A stretch of 59,797 nt of DNA, filler included, from Heptranchias perlo (Eukaryota): assembly GCF_035084215.1 (NCBI RefSeq). It is 2 parts of 2 records of this genome, joined end to end, with 100 filler letters (N's around TTAATTAATTAA, not from the genome) between each part and the next. Parts side by side here need not be neighbours in the genome. Positions count along the whole stretch, not along the records: positions 1 to 30,801 come from NW_027139558.1; positions 30,902 to 59,797 come from NC_090363.1. One strand, given 5' to 3'. Position numbers and translations under genes: made by a program. The notes beneath the pieces were generated by a model, which saw only the letters and a program-made list of their open reading frames with translations, was not told the origin of the DNA and ran no database searches. The stretch's first letter is position 1; each line of letters begins with the position of its first letter. Of the stretch, positions 22,510 to 32,840 are shown piece after piece.

Positions 22510-23460
22510 CATCTCCGAGAGTAAGGACAGACCGCCTGTCCTTTTGGGTCAATCTCCGAGAGGAAGGACAGACCGCCTGTCCTTTTGGGTCAATCTCCGA
22601 GAATAAGGACAGGCCGCCTGGACTATAACTTGGTGTTGTAAAATTGTTTACAATTGTCAACCCCAGTCCATCACCGGCATCTCCACATCCGAGAATAAGG
22701 ACAGACCGCCTGTCCTTTAGGGTCAATATCCGAGAATAAGGACAGACCGCCTGTCCTTTAGGGTCAATCTCCGAGAATAAGGACAGACCGGCTGTCCTTT
22801 AGGGTCAATCTCCGAGAGTAAGGACAGACCGCCTGTCCTTTAGGGTCAATCTCCGAGAGTAAGGACAGACCGCCTGTCCTTTCGGGTCAATCTCCGAGAA
22901 TAAGGACAGACCGCCTGTCCTTTAGGGTCAATCTCCGAGAATAAGGACAGACCGCCTGTCCTTTCGGGTCAATCTCCGAGAATAAGGACAGACCGCCTGT
23001 CCTTTAGGGTCAATCTCCGAGAATAAGGACAGACCGGCTGTCCTTTAGGGTCAATCTCCGAGAGTAAGGACAGACCGCCTGTCCTTTAGGGTCAATCTCC
23101 GAGAGTAAGGACAGACCGCCTGTCCTTTCGGGTCAATCTCCGAGAATAAGGACAGACCGCCTGTCCTTTAGGGTCAATCTCCGAGAGTAAGGACAGACCG
23201 CCTGTCCTTTCGGGTCAATCTCCGAGAATAAGGACAGACCGCCTGTCCTTTAGGGTCAATCTCCGAGAATAAGGACAGACCGCCTGTCCTTTAGGGTCAA
23301 TCTCCGAGAGTAAGGACAGACCGCCTGTCCTTTCGGGTCAATCTCCGAGAATAAGGACAGACCGCCTGTCCTTTAGGGTCAATCTCCGAGAGTAAGGACA
23401 GACCGCCTGTCCTTTCGGGTCAATCTCCGAGAGTAAGGACAGACCGCCTGTCCTTTAGGG
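22510..23460. repeat. 41-bp tandem repeat with internal hairpin (~21 copies), interrupted at 22618-22689
   Basis: Unit TCTCCGAGAATAAGGACAGACCGCCTGTCCTTTAGGGTCAA; AAGGACAG/CTGTCCTT form an inverted pair. Confidence 0.93.
22618..22689 (+). mobile_element. Short Penelope-like element terminal fragment
   Basis: Reverse complement of 59552-59623. Confidence 0.7.
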
Positions 23461-23520
23461 TGACACTACCTGTTACAGCTTGACACACACAAGCAAATAA
23501 CTCTGCTGTCTGTATTCCAG

Positions 23521-23532
23521 GTCCAGCAGTGA
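23521..23532 (+). CDS. IgW TM2 exon (VQQ*; cytoplasmic tail KVQQ)
   Basis: CTGTCTGTATTCCAG|GTC CAG CAG TGA in phase 0 with TM1; AATAAA at 23879-23884. Confidence 0.8.
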   Translation, partial: VQQ

Positions 23533-24339
23533 CCAGCAGATTCCTGTGCCTCACATTCAGACCAGTCCGAGATGCCAATTGTCCAGAAATGTCCCCGTGA
23601 GGCGGCCGATATTTGGGAATGGAGCCTCCCCATCGCACACTGGGGAATGCTCGGCTACTGCACTGCAACTGCTCATTCCGGGAGATAAACCTTTCAATGG
23701 ACCGGGGGAAGGTTGAGAGGGTAGAGGGAGGAGTGGGGGGAGGGGAGGGGGGGGCGAGGGCCGTTTCTCGGGATCTTGTGATTGAAAATATTGTAACAAG
23801 AAACGTGGTTCCAATTACTGCCTCTCACTTTTCTTCACGTTTTCCACTGGTGTAAAAGTTTTGATTTGAAATCAGTTCAATAAAAAAGCTCAGAGTTGAA
23901 ATGAGATAAGTGGAGGTGTGAAGGGATGGAGAAGGATGGGGGAGGTCGTTCGGCCCATCTTAGTTCTCTCCCCACAGCAGGGGCTTCGCCTGCACGACTT
24001 ATCTGGGAGAGTCCATTCCCCGTGTGAGGAACTCCCTGGCATCACTGGAGAGAATTACACCCAATCTACAGCAATAGGAACAGGCCAATCGGGAATCACC
24101 CCAGTACAGTCATTGGGGAATAAACCCCAGGACCAGATATTGGGGAGATTCCCAGTCCCGTGTATGAGGGAATCCCCCCAGTACAGTCATTGGGGAATAA
24201 ACCCCAGGACCTGACATTGGGGAGATTCCAAGTCCCGTGTATGAGGGAATCCCCCCAGTACAGTCATTGGGGAATAAACCCCAGGACCATTTGAGGGGAA
24301 CAAAACTGGACACACTATTCCAACTGAGCATCGACATGG

Positions 24340-24960
24340 CTGCACTCAGTCTCACCTTTATCAATCTCCCTCTGTTGGTGTCTCTCTCTCTCTCTCCATC
24401 AGTGTACTCAGTCTCACCTTTATCAATCTCCCTCTGTTGGTGTCTCTCTCTCTATCACTGTACTCAGTCTCACCTTTATCAATCTCCCTCTGTTGGTGTC
24501 TCTCTCTCTCTCTCTCTCTCTGTACTGAGTCTCACTTTTATCAATCTCCCTCTGTTGGTGTCTCTCTCTCTCTATCACTGTACTGAGTCTCACCTTTATC
24601 AATCTCCCTCTGTTGGTGTCTCTCTCTCTTTCACTGTACTGAGTCTCACCTTTATCAATCTCCATCTGTTGGTGTCTCTCTCTCTCTGCACTCAGTCTCA
24701 CCTTTATCAATCTCCCTCTGTTGGTGTCTCTCTCTCTCTCTCTCTATCACTGTACTCAGTCTCACCTTTATCAATCTCCCTCTGTTGGTGACTCTCTTTC
24801 TTTCTCTATCACTGCACTCAGTCTCACTTTTATCAATCTCCCTCTGTTGGTGTCTCTCTCTCTATCACTGTACCCAGTCTCACCTTTATCAATCTCCCTC
24901 TATTGGTGACTCTCTCTCTCTCTCTCTCGATCACTGTGCTCAGTCTCGCCTTTATCAATA
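24340..24960. repeat. ~55-65-bp tandem repeat with variable (CT)n core
   Basis: Unit TGTACTCAGTCTCACCTTTATCAATCTCCCTCTGTTGGTG(TC)nTATCAC. Confidence 0.88.
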
Positions 24961-24961
24961 T

Positions 24962-26009
24962 TCGTGGTTATTGGAGGCCAATCATCTCAGCCCCAGGGCA
25001 TTGCTGCAGGAGTTCCTCAGGGCAGTGTCCTCGGCCCAACCATCTTCAGCTGCTTCATCAATGACCATCCCTCCATCATAAGGTCAGAAATGGGGATGTT
25101 CGCTGATGATTGCACAGTGTTCAGTTCCATTCGCAACCCCTCAGATAATGAAGCAGTCCGAGCCCGCATGCTGCAAGATCTGGACAATATCCAGGCTTGG
25201 GCTGATAAGTGGCAAATAACATTCGCGCCAGACAAGTGCCAGGCAATGACCATCTCCAACAAGAGAGAGTCTAACCATCTCCCCTTGACATTCAACGGCA
25301 TTACCATCGCCGAATCCCCCACCATCAACATCCTGGGGGTCACCATTGACCAGAAACTTAACTGGACCAGCCATATAAATACTGTGGCTACAAGAGCAGG
25401 TCAGAGGCTGGGTTCTGCGGTGAGTGACTCACCTCCTGACTCCCCAAAGCCTTTCCACCATCTACAAGGCACAAGTCAGGAATGTGATGGAATACTCTCC
25501 ACTTGCCTGGATGAGTGCAGCTCCAACAACACTCAAGAAGCTCGACACCATCCAGGACAAAGCAGCCCGCTTGATTGGCACCCCATCCATCACCCTAAAC
25601 ATTCACTCCCTTCACCACCGGCGCACTGTGGCTGCAGTGTGTACCATCCACAGGATGCACTGCAGCAACTCGCCAAGGCTTCTTCGACAGCACCTCCCAA
25701 ACCCACGACCTCTACCACCTAGAAGGACAAGGGCAGCAGGCACATGGGAACAACACCACCTGCACGTTCCCCTCCAAGTCACACACCATCCCGACTTGGA
25801 AATATATCGCCGTTCCTTCATCGTCGCTGGGTCAAAATCCTGGAACTCCCTTCCCAACAGCACTGTGGGAGAACCTTCACCACACGGACTGCAGCGCTTC
25901 AAGAAGGCGGCTCACCACCACCTTCTCAAGGGCATTTAGGGATGGGCAATAAATGCCGGCCTCGCCAGCGACGCCCACATCCCATGAATGAATGAAAAAA
26001 ATAAATAAA
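24962..26009 (+). mobile_element. 5'-truncated CR1-group LINE (HER1-like), RT domain, frameshifted
   Basis: GVPQGSVLGP...FADD RT motifs; frameshift near 25413; tail CCCATGAATGAATG-A-rich. Confidence 0.9.
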
Positions 26010-26530
26010 CACTGTTGCAGTGTGGGAATATACAGAGTGAGGGAACTGTACATAAACACAGTTACAGTGTGGGACTGTATACAGAGTGAGGGAACTGTAC
26101 ATAAACACAGTTGCAGTGTGGGAATACACAGAGTGAGGGAACTGTAGATAAACACAGTTACAGTGTGGGAATACACAGAGTGAGGGAACTGTACATAAAC
26201 ACAGTTACAGTGTGGAAATACACAGAGTGAGGGAACTGTACATAAACACAGTTACAGTGTGGGAATACACAGAGTGAGGGAACTGTACATAAACACAGTT
26301 ACAGGGTGGGAATACACAGAGTGAGGGAACTGTACATAAACACAGTTACAGTGTGGGAATACACAGAGTGAGGGAACTGTACATAAACACAGTTACAGTG
26401 TGGGAATACACAGAGTGAGGGAACTGTACATATACACAGTTACAGGGTGGGAATACACAGAGTGAGGGAACTGTACATGAACACAGTTGCAGTGTGGGAA
26501 TACACAGAGTGTGAAAACTGTACATAAATA
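26010..26530. repeat. 47-bp tandem repeat (~11 copies)
   Basis: Unit CAGTGTGGGAATACACAGAGTGAGGGAACTGTACATAAACACAGTTA. Confidence 0.92.
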
Positions 26531-27164
26531 CATTTGGAGTCTGACCAGAACTGGACCCAGTCCTCAAGGTGCAGAATGAATGAGGTTTGTATATTTTTAT
26601 TGCAAATTTTACATTATTTCATGAAATTTAGGGATACCCACAGACAGTGAGAGAATTGGAGTAAGAGAGGCAGCAGGAGAGAGAGCGAGAGTGAGAGAAA
26701 GAGAAAGAGTGAGAGAGACAGAGGGAGTGAGAGAGACAGAGTGAGAGAAACAAGAGAGTGAGAGAAAGAGAGAGAGTGAGAGAGACAGAGTGAGTGAGAG
26801 AGACAAAGTGAAAGAGACAGAGAGAGTGAGAGAAAGAGAGAGACAGTGAGAGAGACAGTCAGACATTTATAAAAAACCCTTCACATCCTCTCGATGTCAG
26901 AAAGCTCCTCACTGTCAATGAGTTACTCACTGTTTAACCCATTCCCTGCCCTTTCTCTGTCCGTCCTTTTTCGAGGCAGACAGACCCAGTTGAAGAGCTC
27001 CCACTGGCTCAGGCCCCTCTGTCCCAGTGAGCTCCTCCTGTGCTGTCATTTCACTGACACCCCCAGCAGCCCCTCGACATCTGGTGCTGTTACACCGACA
27101 CCCAGTGGCCCACGGTTATTATCACAAGGAACCAGCTGCCTTTAGTGTGGCTTCTGCTAAACTC

Positions 27165-27970
27165 CTGTATCAATCTCACAGTAATCCCACTGCCCCACTC
27201 TCTCCCCATAGTCCTGTATCAATCTCACACTAATCCCACTGCCCCACTCTCTCCCCATAGACCTGTATCAATCCCCAAACTAATCCCACTGCCCCACTCT
27301 CTCCCCATAGTCCTGTATCAATCCCCAAACTAATCCCACTGCCCCACTCTCTCCCCATAGTCCTGTATCAATCTCAGTAATCCCACTGCCCCACTCTCTC
27401 CCCATAGTCCTGTATCAATCCCCAAACTAATCCCACTGCCTCGCTCTCCCCAGTCCTCAAGGTGTAGAATGAATGAGGTTTGTTTTTTTTTATCTCAAAT
27501 TTTACTTTATTTCATAAAATTTAAGGATACCCACAGACTGAGAGAGAATTAGAGTGAGAGAGGCAACAGGAGAGAGAGCGAGAGTGAGAGAGATACAGAA
27601 GCAGACATCTGGTGCTGTTACACCGACACCCAGTGGCCGACGGTTATGATCACAAGGAACCAGGTGCCTTTTGTGTGGCTTCTGCTAAACTCTCTCTCCA
27701 TCGTCCTGTAGCAATCTCACACTGATCCCACTGCCCCACTCTCTCCCCATAGTCCTGTATCAATCCCGAACGAATCCCACTGCCCCACTCTCTCTCCATC
27801 GTCCTGTATCAATCTCACACTAATCCCACTGCCCCACTCTCTCCCCACAGTCCTGTATCAATCTCACACTAATCCCACTGCCCCACTCTCTCCCCATCGT
27901 CCTGTATCAATCTCACACTAATCCCACTGCCCCACTCTCTCCCCATCGTCCTGTATCAATCTCTCACTAA
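27165..27970. repeat. Two arrays of a ~45-bp repeat within a local duplication
   Basis: Unit TCCTGTATCAATCTCACACTAATCCCACTGCCCCACTCTCTCCCCATAG-like at ~27165-27450 and ~27700-27970. Confidence 0.85.
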
Positions 27971-28140
27971 TCACAATCCAATACAATACATATAGTACAA
28001 ACAGTTGTTCAAGAACAAGTGAAAGGGAAAAGCGTAGAGCAGCAGAAAGAAAGTGTACTTTAGGCACGACAGATAAAGTAAAAACTAGAAGGCGTAAGGC
28101 GATTAACCCAGCATCAAAGCTGAAGGTCAGGCCAGGGTGT

Positions 28141-29295
28141 GTGGCCCAACTAAGAGTTCTATATACAAATGCACGGAGTATAAGGAATAAATTAAATGAA
28201 CTACAGGTTCAAATTCAAATTGGAGCGTATGACATGATAGCTATTACTGAGACATGGCTGCAGGATGGTCAGGATTGGGAACTAAATATACCAGGTTATA
28301 AGGTCGACAGGAGAGATAGGGAAAATGGAAGAGGGGGAGGAGTAGCCTTAGTGATTAGAGATTAAATCACTTCAATGATAAAGGAAGATATAACGAGAGG
28401 TAAGCAGCCAACAGAGACCTTATGGGTTGAATTGAGAAATACGAAAGGATCTAAGACTATAGTGGGAGTTGTATATAGGAGCCCTGGCAGCAGCTCTGAA
28501 GTGCTAGATTGTATAAATGCAGAGATTAGACAAGCGTGTAAGAAAGGCATAGTGGTCTTAATGGGGGACTTTAACCTTCACATAGATTGGGGAAAGCAGA
28601 CTAGCAACTGTCAGAAAGGTGGTGAATTTCTTGAGTGTGTCCGGGATAGTTTTCTGCAACAGTTTGTCCTGGAGGCAACAAGGGGGCAAGCCATACTAGA
28701 TTTAGTAATGAGTAATGAACCAGATTTAGTTAACAGCTTAACTGTGCGTGAACATCTATCCAATAGTGATCATAACATGATCGAGTTCAAGGTAGTGTTT
28801 GAAAGGGAAAAAAGTGAATCAGCTGCTAAGATTGTAGACTTGGGCAAGGCCGACTTCAATGGGATGAGACAGAAACAGTCCACAGTAAACTGGGCAAATC
28901 TGTTAATGGGTAAAACGACTGACGATCAGTGGGAAATGTTTAAAGAAACATTTAACGTGATACAGAATCGGTATATACCCCTGAGGGGCAAGAACTCTAC
29001 TTGCCAAAAAAAACAGCCATGGACAACTAAAGAGGAAATGGACAGTATAAGACATAAGGAAAGGGCATACAAAAAGGCAAAAAATGGCACAGATCCTGGT
29101 GAATGGGAAAGATACAAAGATCAACAAAGGGTCACAAAACAGATAGGAAGAGCTACAAAAAGAGAGTCTGAAAAGAAACTTGCAATGGATATCAAAACCA
29201 ATACGAAGAACTTTTACAGTTATATCAGGAGCAGTGTTGGCCCCTTAAAAACTGAAAGTGGGGATATTGTCATTGACAATGGGGAAATGGCGGAC
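28141..29295 (+). mobile_element. CR1 LINE ORF2 N-terminal fragment (APE endonuclease), one in-frame stop, truncated
   Basis: LYTNARSI..NK, IAITETWL, GGGVAL, VYR.P, MGDFN, ILDLV, SDHN motifs; TAA at 28363-28365; abuts an L2-like 3' end at ~29296. Confidence 0.9.
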
Positions 29296-29949
29296 ATTGG
29301 CGGCCGGGCCTTCAACTGCCTAGGCCCGAAGCTCTGGAATTCCCTCCCTAAACCTCTCCCCCTCTTTCCTCCTTTAAGATGCTCCTTAAAACCTCTCTCT
29401 TTGGCCAAGCTTTTGGTCACCTGTCCTAATATCTCCTTACGTGGCTCGGTGTGAAATTTTGTTTGAAAATCGCTCCTGTGAAGCACCTTGGGGACATTTT
29501 ACTACATTAAAGGCGCTGTATTAATGGGAGTTGTTGTTGTTGATCTGTGTCTTAACTCCATTTACCCGCCTTGTTTCCGTATCCCTTAATTCCCAAAAAA
29601 TCGATCAATCTTAGTTTTGATATTTTCAATTGACCTCCCCAAAAGCCAAAACAGCTTTCTGGGGGACAGAGTTCCAGATTTCCACTCTCCTTTTATGGAT
29701 TTACACTCTAGAGAATCAAACCAGACACTAACTGAGACGTAATTGACCCCAATTCTCAGATGGATCCCCAAGGCCTGGAGTGGGCCTCGAACCCACGACC
29801 TTCTCGGCAAGTGGGTCATACCGGCTGAGCCAAACTGGCATTTTACAATTGGCACTAGGGAACGGGACTGGGAGTTCCAAGTCTTAACAACCACATTTTT
29901 GTTTAAAGCATATGCTTTTTTATAAAAATGATATAACAGTGATTATTTT

Positions 29950-30400
29950 GAGATGGTGCAGGAGAGATTTCCTAGAATGGTTCCAGGGATGAGGGACTTC
30001 AGTGATGTGGAGAGACTGGAGAAACTGGGATTGTTCTCCTGAGAGCAGAGAAGGTTAAGGGGAGATTTGATCGAGGTGTTCAAAATCATGAAGGGTTTTA
30101 ATAGAGTAAATAAGGTAACCAGAGGACACAGATTTACGGTAATCGGTAAAAGAACCAGAGGGGGAGATGAGGAAACATTTTTTTACGCAGCGAGTTGTGA
30201 TGATCTGGAATTCACTGCCTGAAAGGGCGGTGGAAGCAGACTCAATAATAACTTTCAAAAGGGAATTGGATAAATACTTGAAGGGGGAAAATTTGCAGGG
30301 CGACGGGGGAAAGAGCAGGGGGAGTGGGACTGATTGGATAGCTCGTCCAAAGAGCCAGCACAGGCACGATGGTCCGAATGGCCTCCTTCTGTGCTGTATT
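29950..30400 (+). mobile_element. CR1 LINE 3' fragment
   Basis: FFTQRVVMIWNSLPERAVEA..FKRELDKYL. Confidence 0.8.
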
Positions 30401-30549
30401 ATTAACCCAAGTGCCAGGAGAATACATTTAACAGCCACATATATTATTTCTTATGACATGTTTTTCTTTTTAAATATTTTTTTACAGTAATCAGAAAGTG
30501 TTTCCTTCTGGAACTGGATGATTCCCCATTGGTAGCAAAAAGGAGACTC

Positions 30550-30801
30550 TCCTTTACCAATATGGCGACCTCGCAGCCTCAGTTGAGGTCAACCCGACAG
30601 GCGGTCATTGTTTCTCCTTTACGAACATGGCCTCCGCGCAGCCTCAGTTCAGAAAAAATCGACAGGCAGCATGTCTACTTCCTTCACCAATATGGCGGCC
30701 GCGCAGCCTCAGTTCTAGTCAACCCGAAAGGCGGCCGTTGTACCCCCTTTACAAATATGGCCGCCACTCAAGCGCCTTCACCTCCTTTACCAAGATGGCG
30801 A
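30550..30801 (+). promoter_or_regulatory. Array of five YY1-like motifs in a degenerate 65-bp repeat
   Basis: AA(T/C/G)ATGGC at 30559, 30624, 30689, 30754 and 30792. Confidence 0.5.
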
Positions 30802-30901
30802 NNNNNNNNNNNNNNNNNNNNNNNNNNNNNNNNNNNNNNNNNNNNTTAATTAATTAANNNNNNNNNNNNNNNNNNNNNNNNNNNNNNNNNNNNNNNNNNN
30901 N
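30802..30901. other. Artificial 100-nt contig-join spacer (N44-TTAATTAATTAA-N44)
   Basis: Symmetric N runs around an all-frame stop linker; total length exactly 100 nt. Confidence 0.85.
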
Positions 30902-31244
30902 AAAGCGGAATCTCAGACAAGAGAGCGAGCACGAAGGCACCTGGGATTCTGTGGACGCCTCGATGATTGGTATTGGTTAGTTGTGTATCACTGAAAACAA
31001 TATAATCACTCACAGAATAAAGTCAAGAAACCAACTAACCCGTTCCGTTATGCCCACGAGTGTTGGAGGAATATTGGATCTCACTTTAAATGTTCATTTC
31101 TCATTTTATGAATTAACCCCATCAGACCATCCCCTCACCTGGAGAAACATCAGACGGTCTTGTTGGTCCGTTGGGATCTGTAACTCTGAGAATACTTCCT
31201 CAATCGAATCTAGATTCTCCTGAATCTCTCGAAGATTTTTCTCC

Positions 31245-32840
31245 ATCTCGAGTATGGTGTCCAGTCCTGGTCAGTCCCACCTCGAGTACCGTGTCCAGTC
31301 CTGGTCAGACCCATCTCGAGTACCGTGTCCAGTCCTGGTCAAACCCATCTCGAGTACCGTGTCCAGTCCTGGTCAGACCCATCTCGAGTACCGTGTCCAG
31401 TTCTGGTCAAACCCACCTCGAGTACCGTGTCCAGTCCTGGTCAGACCCATCTCGAGTACCGTGTCCAGTTCTGGTCAGACCGCACCTCGAGTACCGTGTC
31501 CAGTCCTGGTCAAACCCACCTCGAGTACCGTGTCCAGTCCTGGTCAGACCGCACCTCGAGTACCGTGTCCAGTCCTGGTCAAACCCACCTCGAGTGCCAT
31601 GTCCAGTCCTGGTCAAACCCACCTCGAGTACCGTGTCCAGTCCTGGTCAAACCCACCTCGAGTGCCATGTCCAGTCCTGGTCAAACCCACCTCGAGTACC
31701 GTGTCCAGTCCTGGTCAAACCCACCTCGAGTGCCATGTCCAGTCCTGGTCAAACCCACCTCGAGTACTGTGTCCAGTCCTGGTCAGACCGCACCTCGAGT
31801 ACCGTGTCCAGTCCTGGTCAAACCCACCTCGAGTGCCATGTCCAGTCCTGGTCAAACCCACCTCGAGTGCCATGTCCAGTCCTGGTCAAACCCACCTCGA
31901 GTACTGTGTCCAGTCCTGGTCAGACCGCACCTCGAGTACCGTGTCCAGTCCTGGTCAAACCCACCTCGAGTACCGTGTCCAGTCCTGGTCAGACTGCACC
32001 TCGAGTACCGTGTCCAGTCCTGGTCAGACTGCACCTCGAGTACCGTGTCCAGTCCTGGTCAAACCCACCTCGAGTACCGTGTCCAGTCCTGGTCAAACCC
32101 ACCTCGAGTACCATGTCCAGTCCTGGTCAGACCCATCTCGAGTACTGTGTCCAGTCCTGGTCAGACTGCATCTTCAGTATTGTCCAATTCTGGCCAGTCC
32201 CACCTCGAATATCGTGTCCAGTCCTGGTCAGACCCATCTCAAGTACCGTGTCCAGTTCTGGTCAGACCCATCTCGAGTATGATGTCCAGTACTGGCCAGT
32301 CCCACCTCGAGTACTGTGTCCAGTTCTGGTCAGACCCATCTCCAATACAGTGTCCAGTTCTGATCAGACCCACAGAGTACTGTGTCCAGTTCTGGTCAGT
32401 CCCACCTCGAGTACTGTGTCCAGGTCTGGTCAGTCCCAACTCGAGTACTGTGTCCAGGTCTGGTCAGTCCCACCTCAAGTACTGTGTCCAGTTCTGGTCA
32501 GTCCCACCTCGAGTACCGTGTCCAGGTCTGGTCAGTCCCACCCGAGTACTGTGTCCAGTTCTGGTCAGACCCACCCGAGTACTGTGTCCAGGTCTGGTCA
32601 GTCCCATCTCGAGTGCCGTGTCCAGTTCTGGTCAGACCCATCTCCAATACAGTGTCCAGTTCTGGTCAGACCCACCCGAGTACTGTGTCCAGTTCCGGTC
32701 AGTCCCATCTCGAGTACCGTGTCCAGTTCTGGTCAGACCCACCCGAGTACTGTGTCCAGTTCCGGTCAGTCTCACCTCGAGTGCCGTGTCCAGTTCTGGT
32801 CAGACCCACCCCAAGTACTGTGTCCAATCCTGGTCACTGA
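31245..32840. repeat. 34-bp minisatellite (~45 copies) derived from CR1 RT coding sequence
   Basis: Unit CTCGAGTACCGTGTCCAGTCCTGGTCA(A/G)ACCCA(C/T); translates as LVRPHLEY(R/C)VQ(S/F)WS. Confidence 0.9.

Noticed and set aside
22510-23460. CRISPR-like palindromic repeats
   Set aside because: No unique spacers and no cas genes; it is a vertebrate intronic minisatellite.
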